Source: Candidatus Krumholzibacteriota bacterium
Lineage (GTDB): Bacteria > Krumholzibacteriota > Krumholzibacteriia > JAJRXK01
Length of the DNA stretch: 64,000 nucleotides
Assembly (NCBI GenBank): GCA_963764625.1
Contig: CAVXTH010000009.1
Location: 544,001 to 608,000 of the forward strand
Direction: 5' to 3'
The notes beneath the pieces were generated by a model. That model did not search any database. It was not told where the DNA came from and saw only the letters and a list, made by a program, of their open reading frames with translations. A program made the position numbers and the translations under genes. Positions 18,472 through 28,804 of this stretch are shown here, in pieces (within the stretch, counting starts at the first letter, position 1; the number at the start of each line of letters is the position of its first letter).

Positions 18472-19410
18472 ATGGAGTGTCCTTTGCCGGTTGCCGCGCC
18501 CACCATCATCTTCAACCCCGCGGCGGGCGGAAATCTGCGACGCGTCGACGAGAACCGATTGCGCAAGGTTCTGCGCGAAGAGGGTCTGCCGGATCGGTGG
18601 CTCTGCACCCAGGTCGACTTCGATGCCGGTCGTCTCCTCGAGCAGGACGAAGGGGAGGGTCCCGTCGTTGTGATCGGCGGAGACGGGACCCTACAGCGAG
18701 CCTCACGCGTGTTGGCAAACAAGTCGCGTCCCCTGGTGATCGTTCCTTCGGGTACCGGGAACGTGATGGCGTTGCGGCTCGGGATTCCGATGGGACTGCG
18801 CGCGGCTCTTCGCCTGGTCAAAGAAGGAGTGCCGCGACGAGTCGACCTTGGCCGCAGTAAAGAAGAGCCCTTCCTTCTGGCCATTGGCGGAGGTTTCGAG
18901 GGTCATCTCATTCGCGAGGCGGGACGCGAACTGAAGAATGTCCTGGGGAAGTCCGCGTACGTCATCAGTGCCGCCAAGCACCTACCGGTGAACCATCACG
19001 CGTTCTCCATCACCGTCGATGACGCGGAACACGAAATCACCGCGGCATCGGTGATGGTCGCCAACTTCGGCACCCAGATGGGTAACTGGATCTTCCCTCC
19101 AGAATCCGACGGGCAGGACGGCATGTTGGACGTGGCGATCATCCGCGCGCAGACCTTCGAACAGGTGGTCACCCTGGCCGCCGCCTCCTTCGGAGCCCGA
19201 CCGCGTCCGCACGGAGGGCTGACTCTTCTGCGAGGCCGCCAGGTGACAGTGCGCTGCGAGCATCCCATTCCGATTCAACTCGACGGTGACGACCAGGGAG
19301 ACCAGAGGGAATTTGAAGCCCGCATCGAACCGGGAGGCCTACGTGTGCTCGTGCCACGCCGAACCCGTCCCAGCTCGGTCGTTTGGCCTCCACCTTTGGA
19401 TTGGCCCTAG
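18472..19410 (+). CDS. Diacylglycerol/lipid kinase family protein (YegS/BmrU-like)
   Basis: FNPAAG, GGDGT, PSGTGN, DGMLDV, QLDGD. Start is ATG 18472 or TTG 18484. Confidence 0.9.
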   Translation: MECPLPVAAPTIIFNPAAGGNLRRVDENRLRKVLREEGLPDRWLCTQVDFDAGRLLEQDEGEGPVVVIGGDGTLQRASRVLANKSRPLVIVPSGTGNVMALRLGIPMGLRAALRLVKEGVPRRVDLGRSKEEPFLLAIGGGFEGHLIREAGRELKNVLGKSAYVISAAKHLPVNHHAFSITVDDAEHEITAASVMVANFGTQMGNWIFPPESDGQDGMLDVAIIRAQTFEQVVTLAAASFGARPRPHGGLTLLRGRQVTVRCEHPIPIQLDGDDQGDQREFEARIEPGGLRVLVPRRTRPSSVVWPPPLDWP

Positions 19411-21194
19411 CGATTCTGTACGGCGTCCTGAGGAGAGTGCAGCGAGTCAGGCGGTTCCGTCGCCCACTTCAGTTCTTTGCCCCGCACCGCCTCGTAGAGC
19501 TGCTGAAAGAGAAGAACCAGGCGACGCGCCAACTCCTGGTCTTCCTCATGACTCAGAATGTAGTGGACGAAGGCGCTCGCATTCTCGTCGATCGCGCTTG
19601 GGGCAACCGGGAGAAGTTCGGGTTGATAGCTGAAGTCGAGCCGTGCTCCTTTGCCTCCCACCACCCAGAGATCGTGCAACGCGCGCTGATATTGCTGCGC
19701 CGCCATCGCCAAGAGAGCCGAATAGAAGCGCGCGTTCTGGGCTCTTCCCCAAAACCTGAGCCGTGATCCGCCATCATCGAAGAGGATCAGGCTGTCCTTG
19801 CGCAGGCCATCGAGATGACCGGCCCAGCGAACCGAGACTCCCTTGGGCACCATCACGCTCAGGCCCACCGGTCCGTCGATCGAAATGTACACTCGCGAAT
19901 TGAGATGCAGCGCGAGGTCGGCCGGCACTTCCTCGGGCCACTCCGTGGCGGTAGCGGCCACCACTGCCAGGGTCTCTTCCGGCTGAAGGGGAAGGCTGCC
20001 CACCAGCCCCGCGACCCCATAGGCGATCGCGCTGCGGGCGGCCAGAGGGTCGTTCAGTTCACCCCACGCGTCCCGCGACTCGAAACGGTGTGAACTCGCA
20101 GTGAATGCAACTGCCGCCGCCACCAATGCGAAGCCGAGCACCATCGCAGGCTGAAAGCGCCGCTGTAGCTGACCGTGCTGCCACAGGAGCTCGGTCGTGC
20201 GTCCCAGGATCCAGCCCAGGGCGGGAACCGCCGCCAGCAGATAGTAGGGCTGGAGGTGATGGCTCAGGGGAAGGACGGGGGCCAGGCTGAAAACGGCCCA
20301 CAGCAGCCACCATCCCTCGCGACGGCTTTGAGCGCGCGCCTGCTGAACCGCGAGCGCCGACCAGAGAATCCACACCAGGGCTCCGAGGAAGGGGAGCGTG
20401 GGAGTGGGCAGGGGAGCGAAGGACTGTGGGGAGATCAACCAGGCGCCCAACACGAGAAGATTCATGATCCATAGGCGTGGCCCGCCCATGGCGTAGGGAT
20501 CGTGGGAGTCGGAGGGGGCCATCACTCTCCACACCAATGCGGCCGCCACCAGCGCCCCGGCGAAGAGAACGAGGAGGGCCGTCCCTCGCATTCTGCGCGA
20601 CGCGCGCAGCGCGCGCGGACCCGCCGCGCCCGAGCTGGGGACGAGGGCCAGCAGGAGGGGTAACGCGAGCAGGGATTCCTTGCAGAAGAACGAGGTCAGT
20701 CCCGCGATCGTGGCCAGGACGATTCCGCTTCTCTTGGAGTGCAACCAGGCGGCGAGCGAGAGGAGCCCGAAGAACACCGCGAAGATCTCGGATGAAGCGC
20801 TGGCCCAGAAGACGGGCAAGAGCACTACCGGGGTCGCGGCCGCGACCAGCCCGGCCACGCACGCCCCGAAGGCACTCAATCCCATGGCGCGTCCGATCCT
20901 CTGCGTGAGCACGCTCGCGGTGGCCCATGCGCACAGCGCCGCCGCGTGCCAGGCGGCGGCCCGCAGCCCGAAGAGCGTGACTCCCAGCTCGAAGCCAACG
21001 ACCCGGGAGAGCGGCCTCGGACCGATGAGTCCCGCGCCCCCTTCCTTCAGGACCGCGGCGAGATGGGGCCAGTCGTCCTGGAAGAAGTAGCCTCGCAGGG
21101 CGGGAAGGTGGGCCACGATCGCGGTGAGCGCGATGAGACCCCACGACCAGCGCCAGAGCAGAGCTGAACTCTCTTCTCGCGCCGGTTGCGCCAC
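19407..21194 (-). CDS. Polytopic membrane protein, probable GT-C fold glycosyltransferase
   Basis: FFQDD after TM1, RPLS, CKES and many TM helices. Confidence 0.65.
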   Translation of the reverse strand: MAQPAREESSALLWRWSWGLIALTAIVAHLPALRGYFFQDDWPHLAAVLKEGGAGLIGPRPLSRVVGFELGVTLFGLRAAAWHAAALCAWATASVLTQRIGRAMGLSAFGACVAGLVAAATPVVLLPVFWASASSEIFAVFFGLLSLAAWLHSKRSGIVLATIAGLTSFFCKESLLALPLLLALVPSSGAAGPRALRASRRMRGTALLVLFAGALVAAALVWRVMAPSDSHDPYAMGGPRLWIMNLLVLGAWLISPQSFAPLPTPTLPFLGALVWILWSALAVQQARAQSRREGWWLLWAVFSLAPVLPLSHHLQPYYLLAAVPALGWILGRTTELLWQHGQLQRRFQPAMVLGFALVAAAVAFTASSHRFESRDAWGELNDPLAARSAIAYGVAGLVGSLPLQPEETLAVVAATATEWPEEVPADLALHLNSRVYISIDGPVGLSVMVPKGVSVRWAGHLDGLRKDSLILFDDGGSRLRFWGRAQNARFYSALLAMAAQQYQRALHDLWVVGGKGARLDFSYQPELLPVAPSAIDENASAFVHYILSHEEDQELARRLVLLFQQLYEAVRGKELKWATEPPDSLHSPQDAVQNR

Positions 21195-21305
21195 TGTAAA
21201 CCATCCTCTACGATAGGGGCGTCATACGGACGTTCGGGCCGATTACTCGTCCTCTGCGGGCGAGTTCCCCCGTGAACTCAAGAGCGACTCGATCCCGGAG
21301 GAATC

Positions 21306-22850
21306 ATGTCGAAGCTGCCTGTCGTGGCTCGGAAGATCCACTTCAATCCCACTCGTCAAGAACTCAGGAACATGGTGTCCGAAATGCAGAACGCTCGGCT
21401 CACCGAGTTCGGCAATTTCAACGTGGCCACCAAAGCGACCGCCCGCAGCAAGTCCAGCACCTTCATCGTGAGCGATCATCCCGAGCGACATTCCGATCCC
21501 TGTATCACGAGGAAAGAGGGAGCGCGTATCGCCGCTCTGCAGGCTGAGCACATCAAGAACCGCGACATGATCGTCATCGACGGCTACATCGGCAACGACG
21601 AGCAATTCCGTACCCCGGCACGACTGATCATCGACACCTTTGCTGCCAACATCGCGGTGATGCAGCAGACTCTGTACTACGATCCTCCCGCCGCGGGAAG
21701 CGAAGATTTTCAGCCCGAGCTCACCGTGATCTACACCCCCTGCCTCGCGGTGGAGGGCTACCCCAACGATCGAGTGATCGCGGTCGATCTGGACGAGAAG
21801 ATCACGCGGGTGTGCAACAGCGACTACTTCGGAGAGTCCAAGAAGGGCGGCCTGCGCATGTGGAACAACCTGGTGTACGAGCGAGGCGGACTCGCGCTGC
21901 ACGCAGGTTGCAAGGTCATTCCAGTCCAGGGTAAGAAGCGCGTGGGCCTGATCGTGGGACTCTCGGGCACCGGAAAGACCACGACGACCTTCACCTCGCA
22001 GAACGACAGTCAACCGGTGCAAGACGACTTCGTGGCTCTCATGCCGAAAGGAGTGGTCTACTCCACCGAGAACGGTTGCTTCGCCAAGACCTTTGGTCTC
22101 GACCCAAAATTTGAACCCACGATCTACGGAGCGGTCACTCAGAAGGATGCCTGGCTTGAAAACGTAAGCCAGGACGACGCGGGCAAGCTGGACTTTTTCG
22201 ACACGAGCTACACGCAGAACGGCCGCGCCGTCTTCGCGATGAGTCAGGTGAAGGACGCGGCTGACGCGCGCCATCTGGGCAAGGCCGATTTTCTCCTCAT
22301 TCTCAATCGCAACGAGCACATCATTCCCGCCGTGGCCAAGCTCTCCGTCGAGCAGAGCGCTGCTTACTTCATGCTGGGCGAGACCAAGGGCACCAGCGCG
22401 GGCGGCAAGGAAGAGGCCGGCAAGAGTCTACGTGTCCCGGGAACCAATCCCTTCTTTCCTCGTTTGCAAGCCGAGCAGGGGAATCGCTTCTACGAGCTTC
22501 TCCAGAACTGTCCCATGGAAGTCTATCTCATGAGCACGGGACGCGTGGGTGGGCCGGAGGACCAGGCGGGAAGCAAGAAGGTCAAGATTCCCCATTCCTC
22601 AGCCGTGGTGAAGGCCATCGCCGAGGGCAAGATCCAGTGGGAGGAAGACCCGGATTTCGGCTACCAGGTGGCCAAGTCCGTCCCCGGTTTCCCGGAGAAT
22701 GACGAGGACCTCTTGCAGCCTCGCCGACTCTACGAGCGCGACGGCCGCATGGAGGAGTACCGCGAGCACGTCGAGCGACTGCACAAGGAGCGGGCGGAGT
22801 ACATGGCGAAGTGGCCCGAACTCGATCCGAGAGTCGCGGGGGCGGTCTGA
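21306..22850 (+). CDS. pckA: Phosphoenolpyruvate carboxykinase (ATP)
   Basis: YFGESKKG, LHAG, GLSGTGKTT (P-loop), QDD, ENGCFAKT, NGR; GGAGG RBS. Confidence 0.92.
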   Translation: MSKLPVVARKIHFNPTRQELRNMVSEMQNARLTEFGNFNVATKATARSKSSTFIVSDHPERHSDPCITRKEGARIAALQAEHIKNRDMIVIDGYIGNDEQFRTPARLIIDTFAANIAVMQQTLYYDPPAAGSEDFQPELTVIYTPCLAVEGYPNDRVIAVDLDEKITRVCNSDYFGESKKGGLRMWNNLVYERGGLALHAGCKVIPVQGKKRVGLIVGLSGTGKTTTTFTSQNDSQPVQDDFVALMPKGVVYSTENGCFAKTFGLDPKFEPTIYGAVTQKDAWLENVSQDDAGKLDFFDTSYTQNGRAVFAMSQVKDAADARHLGKADFLLILNRNEHIIPAVAKLSVEQSAAYFMLGETKGTSAGGKEEAGKSLRVPGTNPFFPRLQAEQGNRFYELLQNCPMEVYLMSTGRVGGPEDQAGSKKVKIPHSSAVVKAIAEGKIQWEEDPDFGYQVAKSVPGFPENDEDLLQPRRLYERDGRMEEYREHVERLHKERAEYMAKWPELDPRVAGAV

Positions 22851-23018
22851 GCCCACGAGGAGCCCGCGCGGCGCTTTGGGCGCTCTGCCAGCGCGTTAGG
22901 GCTCTCACCGCCAGTTTTTTGATTCTTTTCGAGTGCACAGCACGAGAAAATGGGTAGAATATCCTCCATTCTATCTATTGTCAGCACCACTCACCCTTGA
23001 GGGTACGAGGGGGAAACC

Positions 23019-23447
23019 TTGTTGTTCTCCAGCTCTTGTGAATACGGAATTCGCGCACTCATCTATCTTGCCATCCATCGCGAAGACGGGCCCTGTCTCG
23101 TGCGAGAGATCGCCGAGGTGGAGTCGATTCCGAGGCACTACTTAGCCAAGATTCTCCAGCAGTTGGCCGGACACGGACTCGTTCGGTCGACCAAGGGTCC
23201 CGGGGGAGGTTTCGCGCTCGCGCGCGATCCACAGACCCTCACGGCCCAGGAAGTCATTGCGATTCTAGAACCCGGCCACAACAGCACGCGCTGCGTGCTG
23301 GGGCTCGACGAATGCAGCGACGATGCTCCCTGCCCCCTTCACGAGACCTGGAGCAGTCTCCGCGACAGTTTCTTTGGGCAGCTCAGCGAGATGACCCTGG
23401 GAGACATGGCGGCCGTGATCGAACGGAAACGCGCCCTGGGCGCCTGA
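23019..23447 (+). CDS. Rrf2 family transcriptional regulator (Fe-S type)
   Basis: CEYGIRAL, YLAKILQQL, STKGPGGGF, CVLGLDECSDDAPCPLH. Confidence 0.93.
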   Translation: MLFSSSCEYGIRALIYLAIHREDGPCLVREIAEVESIPRHYLAKILQQLAGHGLVRSTKGPGGGFALARDPQTLTAQEVIAILEPGHNSTRCVLGLDECSDDAPCPLHETWSSLRDSFFGQLSEMTLGDMAAVIERKRALGA

Positions 23448-23458
23448 GGGTACGTGGG

Positions 23459-24013
23459 CTAGGGAAGGGGAATTCTGCGCGCGCCGCGGAAATGGCGTGC
23501 AAACCAGCTTTCCTTCAGGCTGTCGCGCCGCACGTGGCCCTTCCCCGTGCTGGCATGGATGAAGCGGTTATTCCCCTCGTAGATCCCCACATGAGTGGGG
23601 GCGCCGCTCGCGCGCCCGAAGAACACCAAATCTCCCGCCGCCAACTGAGTGCGCTCGATCGGAGCGCCGCGATGGGCCTGCGCCGCGCAGGAGCGGGGCA
23701 GCTGCACCCCATAGCGGGCAAATATGCTCTGGACCAGACCCGAACAGTCGAAGCCTCTCGTGTTCTCCCCCCCGTAACGATAGGGAGCTCCCAGAAATGA
23801 GCGCGCCGTCTGCAGGAGCGCGTGCACCTGCGCACCGCGGGGCGAACTCCCGCGCGTCCGCAGATCCGCAGTGGGGGGCGCCACCGTCGGAGAGAAGTCG
23901 CCGGGATCGCTCTGGAGAACGGACTTGTGGGGAGGGCCGGCGCAGCCCGCCAGGAGCATCGCGGCCACAACTGGTAGAAGCGCGGAGCAGAGAAGCGAAG
24001 CTGGGACTCTCAT
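23459..24013 (-). CDS. NlpC/P60 (C40) peptidoglycan peptidase lipoprotein
   Basis: Lipobox LAGC; PYRYGG, GFDCSGL, GDLVFF, HVGIY, FIHAS. Confidence 0.94.
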   Translation of the reverse strand: MRVPASLLCSALLPVVAAMLLAGCAGPPHKSVLQSDPGDFSPTVAPPTADLRTRGSSPRGAQVHALLQTARSFLGAPYRYGGENTRGFDCSGLVQSIFARYGVQLPRSCAAQAHRGAPIERTQLAAGDLVFFGRASGAPTHVGIYEGNNRFIHASTGKGHVRRDSLKESWFARHFRGARRIPLP

Positions 24014-24275
24014 CGTGATAAACGGGGGTGAGAGGGGAATTTACCTGCGATTTCAAGCACTTACCGTACCAAGAACCCGCGAAGAATTCACCGCTTCGGT
24101 AACTTGATCCCTTGACGGGCCGCGCCGCGCGCGCGAAGCTGCGCGCGGGGACGCATCGCAGCCCACGCCATCGTCACAAAAATTAGTCCGGATCGGGATT
24201 TTTTCCGTTCCGGTGGGGAATCGTGGTACACTCGAACCCGAGTTCTCGTCCACGCCCTCATCTCGGGAGGATTCC

Positions 24276-25001
24276 GTGCGAATCCCCAAACGTATCGTAT
24301 TCTTCGCGACTCTTCTGCTCCTTTGCGGCGCGCCGATGCTCTCCTACGCGCAGATGGAGAAGGTCGCTTCCGGGGACTACGAAATGAGTACCTATCTTGA
24401 CCAGTCCGCCCCTCCCTGGACGCGCATCGGCGACGGCGCCGCGATCCTCCTGGACGACGGGAGTCTGCTCATCAACGACAACCGCTCGGACGATCAGGTG
24501 AGCTTTCAGACCCTTCTCGGCCAGATCAGGGCCGAGAATCGCCTCGTTCTCAGCGCGCGCCTGAAGGCCCTCAGCAACTTCGACGGCAAGGGGAGCGTAC
24601 TCGAGTTCTCGCGCCCACATCTGCAGGTGGCCCTACACTTCTTCGCCGATCGCATGGAACTCGTCGAGATGAATCCGGCCGGGAAGTGGTGCTGGCTCGC
24701 CACGATGCCGGCGGATTTCTTCAACGAATATCACGAGGTGAAGCTGGTCAAGGGCTCCAGCCTCGAGCCCGGGGGCGAGATGGTGGGGGTCTGGCTCGAC
24801 GGAACCCAGAGGGTCTTGGTCCAGCCCAAGGGGGGCAGCCGCCTCGAGGTGGGTCGGGTAATCATGGGCGCCACCAGCCGTCCCTCGATGGGCGCGAGCA
24901 TCTGGGACTGGGTGCGCTACGACCTGGACGGCCTTTCCAAAGGCCTCGCCTCCAGCCCCAAGACCTTCGGCGGCTTCAAAGCGGGCTTCACTTCCCGCTG
25001 A
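24276..25001 (+). CDS. Secreted hypothetical protein (beta-rich) with C-terminal TFGxxKxxF motif
   Basis: GTG 24276 after GGAGG; signal peptide ending SYA; C-terminus SSPKTFGGFKAGFTSR. Confidence 0.75.
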   Translation: MRIPKRIVFFATLLLLCGAPMLSYAQMEKVASGDYEMSTYLDQSAPPWTRIGDGAAILLDDGSLLINDNRSDDQVSFQTLLGQIRAENRLVLSARLKALSNFDGKGSVLEFSRPHLQVALHFFADRMELVEMNPAGKWCWLATMPADFFNEYHEVKLVKGSSLEPGGEMVGVWLDGTQRVLVQPKGGSRLEVGRVIMGATSRPSMGASIWDWVRYDLDGLSKGLASSPKTFGGFKAGFTSR

Positions 25002-27187
25002 CCTTGGCTTTCAATTCGGTGATCCGAGCCTGGGCCCACGCATACCACTGGTCCTGATCCGCGGCTGCCTCCGCCGCGCTCGCGCAGCGCTGGTAGCTCT
25101 GGAACGCATCCTGCCACGCGCCCAGCTTCTCCTGGGCTTTGCCCTGATAGCCCCAAACCTGCGCGGAATTGGGGTCTTTCTTCAGGTACAGCATGCTGCG
25201 CGCCAGGCTCTTCAGATAGTCCTTGCCCTGGTAGTAGGCGTAGCTCGCCTTTTCGACCAGCTCCAACCACTTCGCGCGCGACATATCCACCGAGTCGGAA
25301 ATCTGCACCAGCACGTCCAGCTCGCCCGCCGCCAGCAGCCACATCTTGGCTTCCAGCGCCCGCTGCGCCACCGCACTCGTGAATTCGGCGAACTGAGGCG
25401 CGTGCAGCCGGTCCAGAAACTCACGGTAGTCCTGGGGATCGGGGGCGCCCCGGTCGGCCACGAGACGCTCTTTGTCCTCTGGGCTGAAGCGGTAGAAGCG
25501 GATCTGGGGCCCCTTGTGGTTGGCGTCAGGCGCGAAGCGCTTGGTCAACGAGGCGTAGTGCTCCAGGTCCTGGTAGAACGCCACCTGCCGGGGAAACTGC
25601 TCGGGAGAGGCCTCGTAGCGCCCGCGCACCGAGGACGAGGTGACGATGTAGTCGTAGGGCAAAAAATGGCGCAAGTCGTAGTAGTAGGCGCTCAATTCGA
25701 CCCGCACCGAGTTCATCGGGATCGAGTCGGCCCGAAACTTGGGGCGCTCCAGGAGGCGGGTCTTTTGGACCGGAGAGAGCCGCGCGAAGAACGGGCGCCG
25801 GCTCAGCGTTTCGCTGTGGTCCGTGGGGAGATGGGGGGTGTAGGCCTCCATGGCCAGCGCGGGGTCCTGCGGCAGCAGGGTCTCCATCGCCCAGGCGCGC
25901 GCCATCTGGAGGGTGTCCAGTTGGCCCTTCTGCTGGTGGTAGCGCCAGGTGCCCCAGGCAGCAGGGACGAGCGCGACCAGCCCGATCCCGAGCAAAATCG
26001 CCCCTCGTGGGACCCTCAGACGCTCCCCCGATCCAGCGCCGCAGCAGCGGGGGCCAGGCGGCCAGCCCCAGAGAGAGCGGCAAGAGGAGGGGGAGCATGT
26101 AGCGTTCGAAGTGCGTGTTCAGGAGGGCGATTCCCAGGTAGAAGGTCCCCACGCAGATGGCCAGGCTCCTCCACGCCCCTTTCAACTTCCAGCTCGCCAG
26201 CGCGAGCCCGGTGCTGCTGAGGAGGAATCCGCCTCCCGAGAGCCCCGGCCACAGGACCGCGCGCAGGTAGTAGAGGGCCGCGGCGCCCTCGTGAGCCTGT
26301 CCAAAATGTCCCTTGCTCATGTGCAGCATCTGGAAGGCGAAGTCGCGCCGCAGGACCGAAAGGTCGGTCAGGGTGTACGGGCTGGTGAGAAGGAACGCGG
26401 CCAGGCAGCTCGCGGCGGCCCACCCGAGCGAGGGGTCGTCCAGTCCACCCCGCCGCAGACTTCGGCCCTGCGCCCAAAGACGCCGCAGATGCACGAGGTA
26501 GAGGCTGAGGGCAAAGAGAATGGGGGTGTACTTGCACGCGATGCCGAGCCCGAGGAAAAGACCGGCCCAGACGTAGTCCCGCCGCCGGCCCCGCTGCGAG
26601 ACGTCCAGGATCTTTGCCACCGCGAGGGCGGAGAACAGGGCCATCAGGATGTCCGGGGTGACGAGCTGCGCGTGGCGCACCAGCATGGGAGAGAGCGCCA
26701 ACAGTCCGCCGCTCAGCACGGCCGCCGGCCCGCCGCCGAGGCCGAAGGCCACGCACGTCCCGATCCACACCACCCCGCCCGCGCAGAGAACCCCGATCCC
26801 TCGCGCCAGAAGCAACAGGTGGCGACGGTCGAGCGCGCCATCGATGAGGTAATCGTAGCGATCGTGATAGTTCCCGCGCGCACGGCCGATCGCGTACTGG
26901 AGTTTCTGCGCACCCAGGTGGACGTAGAACGAGAGCGAAGGCCATCCCGCGGTCTGCGGATCGAGACGAAGATGACCTTCGTCCCAGCCCCACATCTCGA
27001 GCGCCTTCTTCATGGGCAGCGCTTCTTCCTCCACGTCCGGGAGGCCCCAGTCCAGATGGGGCACGCGAACCGCGACCGCCAGACAGCTCAAGAAAAGCGC
27101 GAGGAGGCACGCGCGATGCTGATGGAGGAACCGTCTCGCCAAAAGCGTAGGCGAGGGGGACGCCGGCATCTCGGGATCTGCGTTCAT
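24988..27187 (-). CDS. Glycosyltransferase family 39 (ArnT/PMT-like) with C-terminal TPR region; split by a +1 frameshift at 26025-26029
   Basis: ORF 25526..27223 (WGLPDVEE, GIACKY, ERYMLP) joins ORF 24988..25995 (TPR-like end) if one base of the C5 run is removed, giving RWIGERLRVPRGAILLG. Confidence 0.8.
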
Positions 27188-27318
27188 TCGGTGAGAGTAC
27201 GCAAGATCGCGCAGAAGAACCATTCTCTTCCCTGCGCAGGAGAATGCGCGCTTTGGATGAGCATTTCACGAATGGTAAATATTTGACCACGGTGAAACCC
27301 TTGACCTCGATTTTTGCG

Positions 27319-27347
27319 TTGACACTTTTACTCGCTGCGGTACTAAT
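27319..27347 (+). promoter_or_regulatory. Putative sigma-70 promoter of the porin gene
   Basis: Perfect TTGACA at 27319-27324 and TACTAAT 16 nt downstream. Confidence 0.45.
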
Positions 27348-27502
27348 TCCGCGATCGGTCGGACAGCTCGCCGTGCGCCCGCATGCGCCGGCAGGGAGGC
27401 TGTCCTCAACTAAGCGTCGCTAGGCTGCACTCCACACAGCACAACCTGGTGGCCTAGCAAACGTGAAAACGTGCTCTGCACGTAACGAGGAGTCGACCTG
27501 GT

Positions 27503-28705
27503 ATGAAGTCTCCTGTCTGGCGCGCATTTGCGCTTCTAACTCTGGCCCTGCTGGTCGTGGGAATGGCGTCGAACGCAAACGCCGCCCGTCGTTCAGCATT
27601 GGCTGGTAACTACTTTATCGACGACGCGGACGACATGTTCGCGTTCCCTCAGCTCTACGGGCAGTACCAGAACATGGCGATCATCGATCTTGCTCCGAGC
27701 AATTTCGGTTACAACATGAATGGGAACGCCACGTTGATCTGGGGTGGAGAGAAGAACACCTTCCGCTTCAGCACGGGCCGTCAGGACGCCACCGCGCGGA
27801 CGGCACTCTATAGCTGGGGAGGATTCGACCGTTTCCCCACTTTCGGGACTCTGCCCGGCGGACTGTTTGCAGGCGCTCCGCTGGCCCGGAATTACCAGTG
27901 GTGGGACCTGGGCTGGTCCGCCGACCTGGGCGGGAAGCCCTTCGGCTTGGCCTTCTCCTGGGTGGGGGATGCAAACAAGACGGAGGATTCCACTGCTCCG
28001 GCGCCGACCACCGACAACAGCTTCCACGATTTCGGATTCCAGGCGGGGTACAGCCCCAGCGCGAATCTGGATCTCGCGGCTGAGTTCGGGATTGGAAAGT
28101 ACAAGGACAGTACTGTGGTGGCGCCGACGCCTTCACAGGACTACAGCACGATGAACTTCGCCGCCACCGCGCGTGGCCGTCTGAACAACGTGTGGGGTCA
28201 GAACTGGCGCTATCTGGTCGGTTTCGCTTACGCGAAGATGAGCCCGGATGCAACCGGCGTGGATGACCTCAAGGAGACCGACTTCCGCGGCAGCTTCGGG
28301 CCCGTCTTCGGGACGCCCGGACAGTGGGAGGTCGCTGGTTACATGACCCTGGGCTATTCCAAGGGTACGAATGGCCAGGACTCCACCATCGCCACCGACG
28401 ATCTGGCCCTCAAGGGCCTCATGCTTCCCGGCTACAATCTGGCGGGTGAGTACTACATGAACGACTGGTTCGTGGTGCGCACCGGTGTGGTTTCGAACTA
28501 CTTCTTCGTCACCGAGGAAAACGGAACGACCACGGACAAGTATCGTACCTTCGAGTACACCTGGACCACCGGCTTCGGGATCGACAAGGACAGCTTCGGG
28601 CTGGACTTCGCTCTCGACGAGGGACACGTCCACAGCGGCTATTTCCTCAACGGCGCCACGGGTGGAAACACCTTCGCCTGGATTTCGGCCTGGTTCAACT
28701 GGTAG
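27503..28705 (+). CDS. Outer-membrane beta-barrel protein (probable major porin)
   Basis: GAGGAG RBS; signal peptide ending ANA; alternating aromatic beta strands; C-terminal FAWISAWFNW resembling a BAM signal. Confidence 0.8.
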   Translation: MKSPVWRAFALLTLALLVVGMASNANAARRSALAGNYFIDDADDMFAFPQLYGQYQNMAIIDLAPSNFGYNMNGNATLIWGGEKNTFRFSTGRQDATARTALYSWGGFDRFPTFGTLPGGLFAGAPLARNYQWWDLGWSADLGGKPFGLAFSWVGDANKTEDSTAPAPTTDNSFHDFGFQAGYSPSANLDLAAEFGIGKYKDSTVVAPTPSQDYSTMNFAATARGRLNNVWGQNWRYLVGFAYAKMSPDATGVDDLKETDFRGSFGPVFGTPGQWEVAGYMTLGYSKGTNGQDSTIATDDLALKGLMLPGYNLAGEYYMNDWFVVRTGVVSNYFFVTEENGTTTDKYRTFEYTWTTGFGIDKDSFGLDFALDEGHVHSGYFLNGATGGNTFAWISAWFNW

Positions 28706-28755
28706 CCAAGGCTATCGTCTCGTCCATGCGGCCTTGGCTGCGTGATGCGAGTTGG

Positions 28756-28783
28756 GAGGGGGGGCTTCGGCTCCCCCTTTCCT
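28756..28783 (+). terminator. Rho-independent terminator after the porin gene
   Basis: G-run stem with C(TTCG)G tetraloop: GAGGGGGGGC-TTCG-GCTCCCCC-TTTC. Confidence 0.65.
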
Positions 28784-28804
28784 CTGGGGCATAGGAGGAT
28801 TCCA

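Noticed and set aside
28706-28804. Possible preQ1 riboswitch upstream of queF
   Set aside because: No preQ1 stem with an A-rich 3' tail. The hairpins are explained as the porin 3' UTR and terminator.
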